Part shown: in pieces, positions 27,622 through 36,105 of the stretch
Layout of the letters: each line of letters starts with the position of its first letter
How positions within the stretch are numbered: position 1 is the stretch's first letter
From: Candidatus Aenigmatarchaeota archaeon
Lineage (GTDB): Archaea; Aenigmatarchaeota; Aenigmatarchaeia; CG10238-14; SpSt-28
Direction: 5' to 3'
Length of the DNA: 64,000 nt
NCBI GenBank assembly: GCA_038997355.1
Contig: JAWBAC010000001.1
Span: 4,820 to 68,819, forward strand
Translations under genes and position numbers: made by a program
The notes under the pieces: model-generated
Told to the model about the DNA's origin: nothing
Database searches by the model: none
Seen by the model: only the letters and a program-made list of their open reading frames with translations

Positions 27622-28590
27622 TTATTTTCTAATTCTTTCAAGGAATTTTTCAAAACTTTCTTCGATATATTTTTTCTCTAATAGTTTTTTAGTATCTAAA
27701 TAAGAGTGATAAAAAGAATAGAAGTCTTTAATATTATTTTCGCTAATACTAGAAAAAACAACAATTTTCTTTTCATATTTTTCGAAATTTTTTATTGGAA
27801 ACGCTTCCATCTTTAGGTTTTTATCACTGTCTATAAATATTGGTTTGTCAAATCCGATACAATCTACTACAATAATTTCTTTAACTTCTTTGAACAAATA
27901 TTCAAATTCTTTTTCAAAGATTCTATATCCATAACCCCAATATGGTTTTTCAAATGAAAGTTCTTCAGAACCACAAATTAAAAAGAGATTTTCTTCTTTC
28001 AAATATTTGCTATTTGTTATGAGACTTAATAAGAACGCTGTCCCACTAGAATTGTCTATTGCGCCGTTTAGAACTGTATCATAATGAGCAAAAATTAGCC
28101 TCTTCGAAGTCTTTATGTTACCAACAATAATATTATATCCAGTAAATTTTTCTTTTTTTATTTTAACTTTGCCATATATTTCGTCAGCTTTTAAGACTTT
28201 TTGAACATCATTTCTGCTTATTGTTAAAGAAGCAACATAATAAAAAGTCGCTAAAGAGATAGCTTTAGAATATGGATTAAAAGCAATGTTTGGCTCGCTA
28301 AAATTTTCTCTTATTAGAATATTAGGAATCAAATTTTTATCCCTAATTTTTCCGCTAACAAAGGAAGATGGTAAAGATTTAATTTCGACGCCATCACATA
28401 TTAATTTACTCTTTCCGTTTGGAACTTGATTTTTAAATTTTTGAATTTCATAACTTATGCCTTTTTCTTCTAGGAAAGACATTATGAAGTTTGCAGCTAA
28501 TTTTTCTCTTTTACCTCTTATAGGATAAAATTTTTCTAACTCTTTTATTGCATGTTGAAAGTTTATAAAAAAATTGCTTAAAGGGCTCAT
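27622..28590 (-). CDS. M28-family metallopeptidase
   Basis: AHYD, GAIDNSSG, GSEE, VDCIG and YHS..D motifs. Confidence 0.88.
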   Translation of the reverse strand: MSPLSNFFINFQHAIKELEKFYPIRGKREKLAANFIMSFLEEKGISYEIQKFKNQVPNGKSKLICDGVEIKSLPSSFVSGKIRDKNLIPNILIRENFSEPNIAFNPYSKAISLATFYYVASLTISRNDVQKVLKADEIYGKVKIKKEKFTGYNIIVGNIKTSKRLIFAHYDTVLNGAIDNSSGTAFLLSLITNSKYLKEENLFLICGSEELSFEKPYWGYGYRIFEKEFEYLFKEVKEIIVVDCIGFDKPIFIDSDKNLKMEAFPIKNFEKYEKKIVVFSSISENNIKDFYSFYHSYLDTKKLLEKKYIEESFEKFLERIRK

Positions 28591-28593
28591 AAT

Positions 28594-29895
28594 CTATAGA
28601 TGTTCATTCAAGTATTTAAGAGTGATTTCTGCAATTGTTCTTTGAACTTCATTTATTTTTAAATCCTCCCTACTTTTTCCGATTTTTTCAATTTCATTTA
28701 TTGCTTTCTCTACTATTTCTTCAAATACGATAGGAGAAAAAGAAATTCTATAGAAATTTTTCGGATTCCCTCCAATCTTTTTTATTATATCGCTATATTT
28801 AGTTATTTCTTCAGCTAAAGGATAATTAATCCTAATAATGGGTAACTCTCTATCAAAAGAACAATATCTAATAAAACCCATCTTTTCTCTTATGAAATTC
28901 TCGTCAACAATATCAAAATTTTCAAATAAGTATTTTGCTAACATTATTCCTCTTGATTCGCCACAATGTCCTAAAACATAAAGAGGATAATAATCTTTTG
29001 ATAGAGGCCTCCAATTATTCTTCTCTTTAATACTTTCTATTATTTTCTCGATACTATTAACTAAATAACTTTTTCCTGTTTTTTCATCTATCAGGTATAT
29101 TGATGTTGGAATATATCTATACTTTTCTAGTATTCTAAACATATCTCTCATTAAGTTGCTAACATCATAAATTTTTAAATTAATCTTGTTTGAGGAAAAC
29201 AATTCTTTAATAATAAATTCCTGAATAGGTGTTCCATCTATTTTTAGATTTCTAATCGTTATTCCATCAAGCGAATTAGTATTTAGGTTACTTTTTATTT
29301 TTCTTTCAAAGTTAAAAAATTTTACTTTCAATTTTTTTGTTTTCTCATCCAAAAACATGTAAATAGGGTTAACTGCATTTATAATATCACTATTCTTAGA
29401 ACTGTATGGCAAATCTGCAAAGTAAAATAAATAGAGCTCATTATTTTTATTGTTATTCTCATCTATAATTTTTTCTAGAACAAATGTTTGCAAAACTTCG
29501 TAATTCAGAATATGAATTTGTCTATGTAAACCTAATGATTGTAATTTAGATGTTAAATCTTCTAATTCTTTCAAAGTCAATTCAACATTTTTCTCATCGA
29601 TATTATATAAAGATTTTAATGTTCTTTTTAAACATTCTCTCCATTCTTTGTCTTTTTTATCTCTTTCTTGTTTTAATTCTCTAAATGTTTTATCTGGATT
29701 TATGTATGGTATAAGAGGTACTGAAGTTGAGAATAATAATACTAAACTTTCATTGTGGGGGTCTTATGGTTTTATTACCACACCCCCAAAGAATAATCTA
29801 GAAAATACAAAAAACCAAAATGCAAAAAACATATACATAAAATAAGCTAATGAGATTTTTCTTTCGACAACATTCAAAATTTCGCTTTTATTCAT
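28594..29895 (-). pseudogene. Hypothetical gene interrupted by one in-frame TAA (29764-29766)
   Basis: ATG at 29895 is in frame with the 328-aa ORF; the frame is open except for one TAA (..VIKP*DPHN..). Confidence 0.65.
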
Positions 29896-29970
29896 AATTA
29901 CTTAATCTTTAATATATCGAAAAAAATTTATACCTTTCGTTTAATATTTTGATATTATCCTAAAATTTAT

Positions 29971-30738
29971 ATGATAGATGTTCATTGCCATTTAAGTATA
30001 AAAGAATTTAGAAATTCGAAAAATCCCTTAGTAGATAGAATAGATGAGTATAGAAAACATTTAAAGGCAATAATAGATTCTGCACCAACTTTTGAAGAAG
30101 CAAAAACATCTTTAGAACTTTCAGAAAAGTATAAAAATTTCGTTTTTAGCTCTTTAGGATTACATCCTGTTGATGCATTAAATTATACTGAAAAACAGAT
30201 AGAAGAATACTTAGAATTCATAAATGAAAATAGTAAAAAAATAGTTGCGATTGGCGAAATAGGTTTAGACTATTATTGGGTAAAAGAATCTCACAAAATC
30301 GAGAAACAAAAAGAAATTTTCAAAAGATTTATTGAAACAGCAAAAGATTTAAAAAAGCCAATAGTAATTCATGCAAGATTAGCTTTTGAAGATGCTTTAA
30401 AGATTTTGATTGATGAAGATGCAAAAAAAGCTTTATTTCACTTTTTCGATGGAAAAGTTAAAGTTGCGAAAGAAATAGTTAAAGAAGGATATCTAATAAG
30501 CATTAATAACCAAATATACAAAAATCCAGCGATTCAAAATGTTGCAAAAGAAATAGATTTGAATCATCTTGTTTGCGAAACAGATTCTCCATGGGCGGGC
30601 ATAGGAAAAGAAATTAATGAGCCAATAAATGTAAAAATTTGCATAGAAGAAATTGCAAGAATTAAAAACTTACCAAAAGAAGAAGTCGAAAAAATAACAG
30701 ATATGAATGCAATAAATTTTTTCGAATTAGAAATATGA
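29971..30738 (+). CDS. tatD: TatD-family DNase
   Basis: IDVHCH, GLHP, AIGEIGLDY, IHAR and ETDSP motifs. Confidence 0.95.
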   Translation: MIDVHCHLSIKEFRNSKNPLVDRIDEYRKHLKAIIDSAPTFEEAKTSLELSEKYKNFVFSSLGLHPVDALNYTEKQIEEYLEFINENSKKIVAIGEIGLDYYWVKESHKIEKQKEIFKRFIETAKDLKKPIVIHARLAFEDALKILIDEDAKKALFHFFDGKVKVAKEIVKEGYLISINNQIYKNPAIQNVAKEIDLNHLVCETDSPWAGIGKEINEPINVKICIEEIARIKNLPKEEVEKITDMNAINFFELEI

Positions 30739-30995
30739 ATGAAAATCTAAAAGAAATTGCTAAAGCAGAAATAGATAAAATGGAAAAAGTTTTTGAGAAT
30801 TTAAAAATCATCGAAAATTCTGAAGTTATCGATTTGGCAAAAAGATATTTCGAAGATGCAAAATATTTTTTCGAAAAAGAAGATTACATAAGAGCCTTTG
30901 AAGCAATAGTTATTAGTTGGAGTTACATAGATGCTTGCCTACATTTTAAAAAAGTCGAAATTCCAGAAGATTTGAAAAAATATTTTACTGTTTGA
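30735..30995 (+). CDS. DUF357 protein
   Basis: LAKRYFEDAKYF.EK.DYIRAFEAI..SWSYIDA. Confidence 0.85.
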   Translation: MNENLKEIAKAEIDKMEKVFENLKIIENSEVIDLAKRYFEDAKYFFEKEDYIRAFEAIVISWSYIDACLHFKKVEIPEDLKKYFTV

Positions 30996-31914
30996 ACTTT
31001 CTCATAAACTCTAAAACTTCATATTCTTTTGCTTCTACTACACTTCCAAAACTCATAACATTTAATGCAGCAACAGCAGATGCAAACTTTAAGGCTTGCT
31101 CAACATTCCTAAACCTAAAGTAATAATGAACGAAACCAGCAGTAAAGCTATCTCCAGCGCCTAATGTACTTACTACTTTAACATTAAAGGCTTTTTGTTT
31201 AATTCTAGAATTTAAATCATAATAAACAGAACCTTTTTTTCCTAAGGTTATTATTACTCTTTTAAAATGTTTTAACAAAACTTTTGCTGCTTTATTAATG
31301 TTTTTCGAATTTGTAATTTCTTTTGCTTCTTCATCATTCAAAATTATTAGTTCTGCGTTTTTAAAAATGTTTAACAATCTTTTCTCTTTTCTTATTACTG
31401 AAATGCTAGGATTAAAAACAAAGAATTTATTATATTTCTTAGAAAGTTCAAATAGCTTTTTATAAATTTCATAAGAATTTTTTCCACAACTAGTTGCTAT
31501 TATTACATCGCTATTTTTAACGAATTCTTCTTTAATATCATTAGCTTCTAAATTTTCCGAAGCACCTTTACTAGCTAGAACAATTTTTTCTCCATCTTTC
31601 ATTAAAATTACAGAAAATCCAGTAGATTCTTTATCATAAGAAATATAAGATTTTACATTGTGCTTTTTCAAAAAATCTAAAATATAATTTGCATACAAAT
31701 CTTTTCCAACTCTTGAAACTAAATAAACTTCGTTACCTAAATTAGATAAAGTGCATGCAACATTCAGTGCTGAACCACCAACTGAAAATTCTATTAACTC
31801 TAAATTATATTTACTACCTAAATTCAGAATCAATTTGCCTTTAGAAACCTTAACATTATCTTCGAATTTACAAACAATATCTATTAAAGCACTTCCAACA
31901 ACTAAAGCTCTCAT
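30985..31914 (-). CDS. PfkB-family carbohydrate kinase
   Basis: GGSALNVA, VGKD, LNDEE, ITLGKKG and TLGAGDSF motifs. Confidence 0.93.
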   Translation of the reverse strand: MRALVVGSALIDIVCKFEDNVKVSKGKLILNLGSKYNLELIEFSVGGSALNVACTLSNLGNEVYLVSRVGKDLYANYILDFLKKHNVKSYISYDKESTGFSVILMKDGEKIVLASKGASENLEANDIKEEFVKNSDVIIATSCGKNSYEIYKKLFELSKKYNKFFVFNPSISVIRKEKRLLNIFKNAELIILNDEEAKEITNSKNINKAAKVLLKHFKRVIITLGKKGSVYYDLNSRIKQKAFNVKVVSTLGAGDSFTAGFVHYYFRFRNVEQALKFASAVAALNVMSFGSVVEAKEYEVLEFMRKFKQ

Positions 31915-32558
31915 AAAATTTTATCGATTTCTCTCAAAAACTTTAGTTTATCTTTGAATTTTGCAAAGGCACTTGCTATTAAAACTCCTTTAGTTCCTAA
32001 ATCTTTTGCAATTTTCACATCTATAGCTTCAGAAATTCCTGCGCCGCAAATAGGAATACTTTTAACTATTTTAACGAATTCTTTAAGACTTTCTGCTTTA
32101 TACTTTGAAATTGCTTTTCCAGTTCCTATTAATTCTGGAACTTCGTATGCAATATAAATTGGATTTAGCTTATCTATGATTTTTGCTTCTTTTAAATCTT
32201 TAACGCAAACCATAGTTTCTAAACCAATTTTTTTAGAATAGTTAACAAACCTTGAAATATCTTCATAAGAAATTCTGTTTTCAAAATGATTCAAAAGAAT
32301 TCCATCAAATTTTAAATCTTTTAAATATTCTAAAGGAATGCTACCAGTAAAACTTCCATAAGTTTCTGCATATTTATTCAGCGAAGTATAAAGTTTCACA
32401 TACTTTCTTCTTAAATTAGCAACAAAACTAACATCTGCAGGATTTACTATTGCAATAACTTTTATGTTTTTGAATTTCTTATCTATTTTTTTAATAACTT
32501 TTCTTGCATTTTTACCAATTAACTCTTTGTATGCCTTAAAGTTCAAAGCTACAATCAT
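31911..32558 (-). CDS. tpiA: Triosephosphate isomerase (archaeal type)
   Basis: NFKAY, GSFTG, LNHFE, AYEVPELIGTG and GAGIS motifs. Confidence 0.92.
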   Translation of the reverse strand: MIVALNFKAYKELIGKNARKVIKKIDKKFKNIKVIAIVNPADVSFVANLRRKYVKLYTSLNKYAETYGSFTGSIPLEYLKDLKFDGILLNHFENRISYEDISRFVNYSKKIGLETMVCVKDLKEAKIIDKLNPIYIAYEVPELIGTGKAISKYKAESLKEFVKIVKSIPICGAGISEAIDVKIAKDLGTKGVLIASAFAKFKDKLKFLREIDKIL

Positions 32559-32567
32559 AATTATTTT

Positions 32568-33398
32568 ATGTTCAAAGATTTACTAAAAGATAAAATTCCT
32601 AAAGATATACTAGAAAAAATTCCAAGAAGTTTTGATATTATTGGAAGTAAAGAAAAGGCTGTTGCAATAATTGATTGGGATGAAAGTTACGATAATTATA
32701 AGCAAGAAATTGCAAATGCAATAATGAAAGTCAATAAAAATATTAAAAGTGTTTTATTCAAAAAAAGTGCTAGAAAAGGTGAGTTTCGATTGTATGATTT
32801 CGAAATTGTTGGAGAAGAAAATACAGAAGTTATTCATAAAGAATTCGGATATTTATTAAAATTAGATCCAAGAAAAGTTTATTTTTCTCCAAGAGAGGCT
32901 ACAGAAAGGCAAAGAATAGCTTCTATGGTTAAAGAAAACGAAAAAATTTTATATTTGTTTAGTGGTATAGCTCCTTTTGCAATAGCGATAGCAAAAAGAA
33001 TTAAAAATGTAAAAATATATTGCGTAGAAATTAATAAAGTAGCGATTAAATATGCAGAAATAAATAAAAAATTAAACAAAGTCGAAAACAAAATATTTAA
33101 TATAATTTGTGACGTGAAAATTTTAAAACTTAAAGAAAAATTTGACAGAATATTAATAACATTGCCTTTATCGAAAGAAAACTTTTTGTTAAAAGCTTTG
33201 GACTTTGCAAAAGATGGAACAATAATCCACTATTATAATTGGGGTAAAGAAGAAAATCCATTTGAAAACGCAATGAATCATTTAGAAGAAGCTAAAAATA
33301 AGTTCAATATAAATTACGAGATATTAAACAAAACTATAGTTCTTCCATATGCTCCAAAAATATATAAGGTAAGGATGGATTTAAAGGTCTACTTCTGA
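32568..33398 (+). CDS. Trm5/Taw2-family tRNA-37 modification enzyme
   Basis: SFDIIG, HKEFG, VYFSPR..ER.RI, FSGIAPF and FDRIL motifs. Confidence 0.88.
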   Translation: MFKDLLKDKIPKDILEKIPRSFDIIGSKEKAVAIIDWDESYDNYKQEIANAIMKVNKNIKSVLFKKSARKGEFRLYDFEIVGEENTEVIHKEFGYLLKLDPRKVYFSPREATERQRIASMVKENEKILYLFSGIAPFAIAIAKRIKNVKIYCVEINKVAIKYAEINKKLNKVENKIFNIICDVKILKLKEKFDRILITLPLSKENFLLKALDFAKDGTIIHYYNWGKEENPFENAMNHLEEAKNKFNINYEILNKTIVLPYAPKIYKVRMDLKVYF

Positions 33399-33402
33399 TT
33401 AT

Positions 33403-33540
33403 TTACTCCTCTTCTTCTTCAAATTCTTCCTCTTCTTCCCACTCTTCTTCAAAGTCTTCTTCGTCCCAGTCTTCTTCTTCCCACTCTTCCTCTTCCTCTC
33501 CTTCCTCCTCTTCTTCTTCTTCGTAGTATTTGAAGACCAT
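33403..33540 (-). CDS. 45-aa poly-acidic peptide with periodic Trp/Phe, absent from the ORF track
   Basis: Hand translation MVFKYYEEEEEEEGEEEEEWEEEDWDEEDFEEEWEEEEEFEEEEE; mixed GAA/GAG codons; fills an intergenic gap. Confidence 0.75.
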   Translation of the reverse strand: MVFKYYEEEEEEEGEEEEEWEEEDWDEEDFEEEWEEEEEFEEEEE

Positions 33541-33606
33541 ACAAAGATATAAAAATTAAATATTTATATTTTTCTGTTTTTTATTGCATAAAAACATAAA
33601 TATTTT

Positions 33607-33897
33607 AGGGTGGGGCCTCCGGCGGGGGGCTGGGCCTCCCCTACGGCAGCTTTTTGCTGCCGTGGCAAAAGGTCCATAACGGCCGCCGTAGCTTAGGGAA
33701 GGTAGGATAGCTCAATAGGATCCAGCCTTAGGCTATGAAATAATCACTCCTGCAGGGCAGTCAGTACAGCGAACCTGGTGAGGCCCGAAAGGGAGCAGCC
33801 ATAAGCTGTGCTGGCTGCGTTTGCAGGAGTGATTATGAGCCGATGGCTGGGTTAATCCTATTGGGCTATCCTATCGACCCTAAGCGCGCCCCACCCT
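33607..33897 (+). ncRNA. ffs: Archaeal SRP (7S) RNA
   Basis: GC-rich, about 290 nt; paired ends AGGGTGGGGC/GCCCCACCCT; helix-8 motif GGTGAGGCCCGAAAGGGAGCAGCC. Confidence 0.93.
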
Positions 33898-33934
33898 ATT
33901 AATCTTTTAAAATAAAGTAAGTAATTATATTAGT

Positions 33935-34714
33935 ATGGCAAAAAGAAAAAAAGAAAATAATTTTAATGTATTAATATTAGCAGTGTTAGTTATAATAGTT
34001 GGAGTTGTTTCTATTTTCATTAACTTACAAAAGTACCTAGGAGAAACGAAAAAAATACAAAATGTAGAAAAACCAATTACACAATTTTTTTCTTCGTTTT
34101 CCTCTAATTATACGAGAGTAGAATTTCCTTTATTAGCTATAGATGAAAACGGAAACGGAGCAGTAACAAAACTAATAGTTGAAATAAAAAATGGCACTGG
34201 AAAAGTTTTAGTAAACATAGAAAATTTATTATTTTGGGTAGACACTCAAAATTCCATAAGAACTGCCAAAAATCTCGCAGAAAAAATAACAAAAATAAAT
34301 ACATCGAACTTAGATATAATATATACAATAGAAGTAAATGCATCCCTAGTTGGAGGACCTTCTGCAGGCGCAGCTATTACAATAGCTACTATAGCTGCGT
34401 TAACTCAAAAACAAGTTAATAAAGATGTAGTAATTACAGGCACTATAGATGAAAATGGAAATATTGGAGAAGTTGGTGGTATAAAAGAAAAATGTAAAGC
34501 AGCAAAAGATTACGGAGCAAAAATTTGTTTAGTTCCAAAAGGCCAATCAAAAGAAATTGAATTTATCCCAAAAAGAAGTTGTACTCAGATAGGAAATTTT
34601 GAAGTTTGTAGAATAACTTATGAAATAAAAGAAATAGATATTTCAAAAGAAATTGGAATTAGCGTAATAGAAGTTTCAAATATTTACGAAGCAATGAAAT
34701 ACTTTTTTGAATAA
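33935..34714 (+). CDS. Membrane-anchored S16 (Lon-C) serine protease without ATPase domain
   Basis: GGPSAGAA and ITGTI...IGEVGGIKEK motifs; N-terminal TM. Confidence 0.88.
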   Translation: MAKRKKENNFNVLILAVLVIIVGVVSIFINLQKYLGETKKIQNVEKPITQFFSSFSSNYTRVEFPLLAIDENGNGAVTKLIVEIKNGTGKVLVNIENLLFWVDTQNSIRTAKNLAEKITKINTSNLDIIYTIEVNASLVGGPSAGAAITIATIAALTQKQVNKDVVITGTIDENGNIGEVGGIKEKCKAAKDYGAKICLVPKGQSKEIEFIPKRSCTQIGNFEVCRITYEIKEIDISKEIGISVIEVSNIYEAMKYFFE

Positions 34715-35266
34715 ATGTTTGTGAGAAATATTATAAACATTTTTATAGCCTCTCTTTTTTGTGGAATCTCTTTTGGATACATTTTTTCTTTAAATTTTCT
34801 TAATTCGTTTCTTTTAGCATTTGGTATGTTGTTTATTTCCTTTTTAGTTTCATATTGGTATTCAGAGAAAAGTTATATTAAGCCTGTTTTCGATCTGTTT
34901 ATTCCTGGAATGATAATTTCGTTATTACTCATATTTTTTAAACTCCCAATATTTCCTATACTTTCTATTGCAGATGTTTATTATTATGCCAAAGCAAGAA
35001 AAATATTCGAAAGAAAAATTTCTTCTTTAGAAATAGGAAAAATAGCAAAAATTTTTCTTTTAATTTTATTTTTATTTAATATATTTGGTATTCTAATAAA
35101 AAATTTTTATATTTCTTTTCTTTCTTCCTTGCTAATACTTTCGTTTTTAATTCCTTACAAAAACTCTTTCGGTTCTATACTATTTTTTTATGATATTCAA
35201 TTTTTTGCTATTATACTAATATCTTCACTAATATTTTTATTTATCTCTTTCAGTTTTATGTTTTAA
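34715..35266 (+). CDS. Hypothetical membrane protein
   Basis: Highly hydrophobic 183-aa ORF. Confidence 0.65.
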   Translation: MFVRNIINIFIASLFCGISFGYIFSLNFLNSFLLAFGMLFISFLVSYWYSEKSYIKPVFDLFIPGMIISLLLIFFKLPIFPILSIADVYYYAKARKIFERKISSLEIGKIAKIFLLILFLFNIFGILIKNFYISFLSSLLILSFLIPYKNSFGSILFFYDIQFFAIILISSLIFLFISFSFMF

Positions 35267-35273
35267 AATTATT

Positions 35274-35684
35274 ATGGAAGCTTGGAAATTACATGCAATC
35301 TTACATATTATAATACCGATAATCGTATTTTCACTTTCTTTCATTTATATTCAAGAATTAAGTTTATTGGAAAGATTTATAGCAATATTTTTGGGTTCTT
35401 TAATTCCAGATATAGATCATCTAATTTATTTAAAATATATAAGATTTAGAAATTTTAAAGAATTTCTTTTGTTTAACATTAAAAGCGATAGATATAGAAG
35501 AGGGTTTTTACTATTTCACAATTTCATTTTTATATCCATTTTAGCAGTATCTATACCTATAATAATGTTTTTCAGCATTTTTTGGGCACTCTTCTTTTTA
35601 GCTTTTTTAATACATTTAATATTTGATTTTTTTGAAGATAGAATATTAATACGAGCTACTTCTTATTGGAAGTTTGGAAAATAA
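35274..35684 (+). CDS. Membrane-bound metal-dependent hydrolase (YdjM-like)
   Basis: H...GSLIPDIDH...FH...HLIFD pattern. Confidence 0.75.
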   Translation: MEAWKLHAILHIIIPIIVFSLSFIYIQELSLLERFIAIFLGSLIPDIDHLIYLKYIRFRNFKEFLLFNIKSDRYRRGFLLFHNFIFISILAVSIPIIMFFSIFWALFFLAFLIHLIFDFFEDRILIRATSYWKFGK

Positions 35685-35755
35685 GGGCCCGTAGTCTAGC
35701 GGTAGGACGCCGCCCTCACGCGGCGGAGAGCTGGGTTCAATTCCCAGCGGGCCCA
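35685..35755 (+). tRNA. tRNA-Val(CAC)
   Basis: GGGCCCG acceptor; CCGCC-CT-CAC-GC-GGCGG. Confidence 0.93.
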
Positions 35756-35822
35756 ACAACTTTAATTTAATAATTTCAAATAGAATTGACTAACATTTTC
35801 GTATAATTTAAATCAAAAATTT

Positions 35823-35961
35823 CGCCGGGGGTGGGATTTGAACCCACGCGGGCTTATCGCCCAGCGGATTTCTTTCTCTTTTACTTTTTGCATCATTAAA
35901 TCAGCTTCACGCCAATCTATCACTCAAGTCCGCCGCCCTGGGCCAGCTAGGCGACCCCGGC
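35823..35961 (-). tRNA. tRNA-Ser(TGA), 53-nt intron at 37/38 (35870-35922)
   Basis: GCGGA-CT-TGA-G[intron]A-TCCGC; long variable arm identical to tRNA-Ser(CGA); G73. Confidence 0.93.
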
Positions 35962-35999
35962 ATATAATTAAGAGTTTTTTTTTGAAAAATAAAATTTTT

Positions 36000-36073
36000 T
36001 GGGGCCGCCGAGATTTGAACTCGGGCCACCGGCACCCCAAGCCGGCGTCGCTGCCAAGCTAGACTACGGCCCC
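36000..36073 (-). tRNA. tRNA-Pro(GGG)
   Basis: GGGGCCG acceptor; CCGGC-TT-GGG-GT-GCCGG. Confidence 0.95.
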
Positions 36074-36105
36074 ATATAAAAATTTAAGTTTAGAAATTAC
36101 ATTTT

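Noticed and set aside
33403..33540. TTC/CTC-rich tract as a microsatellite or CRISPR-like repeat
   Set aside because: Irregular and explained by Glu codons; no CRISPR array or cas gene is seen in the window.
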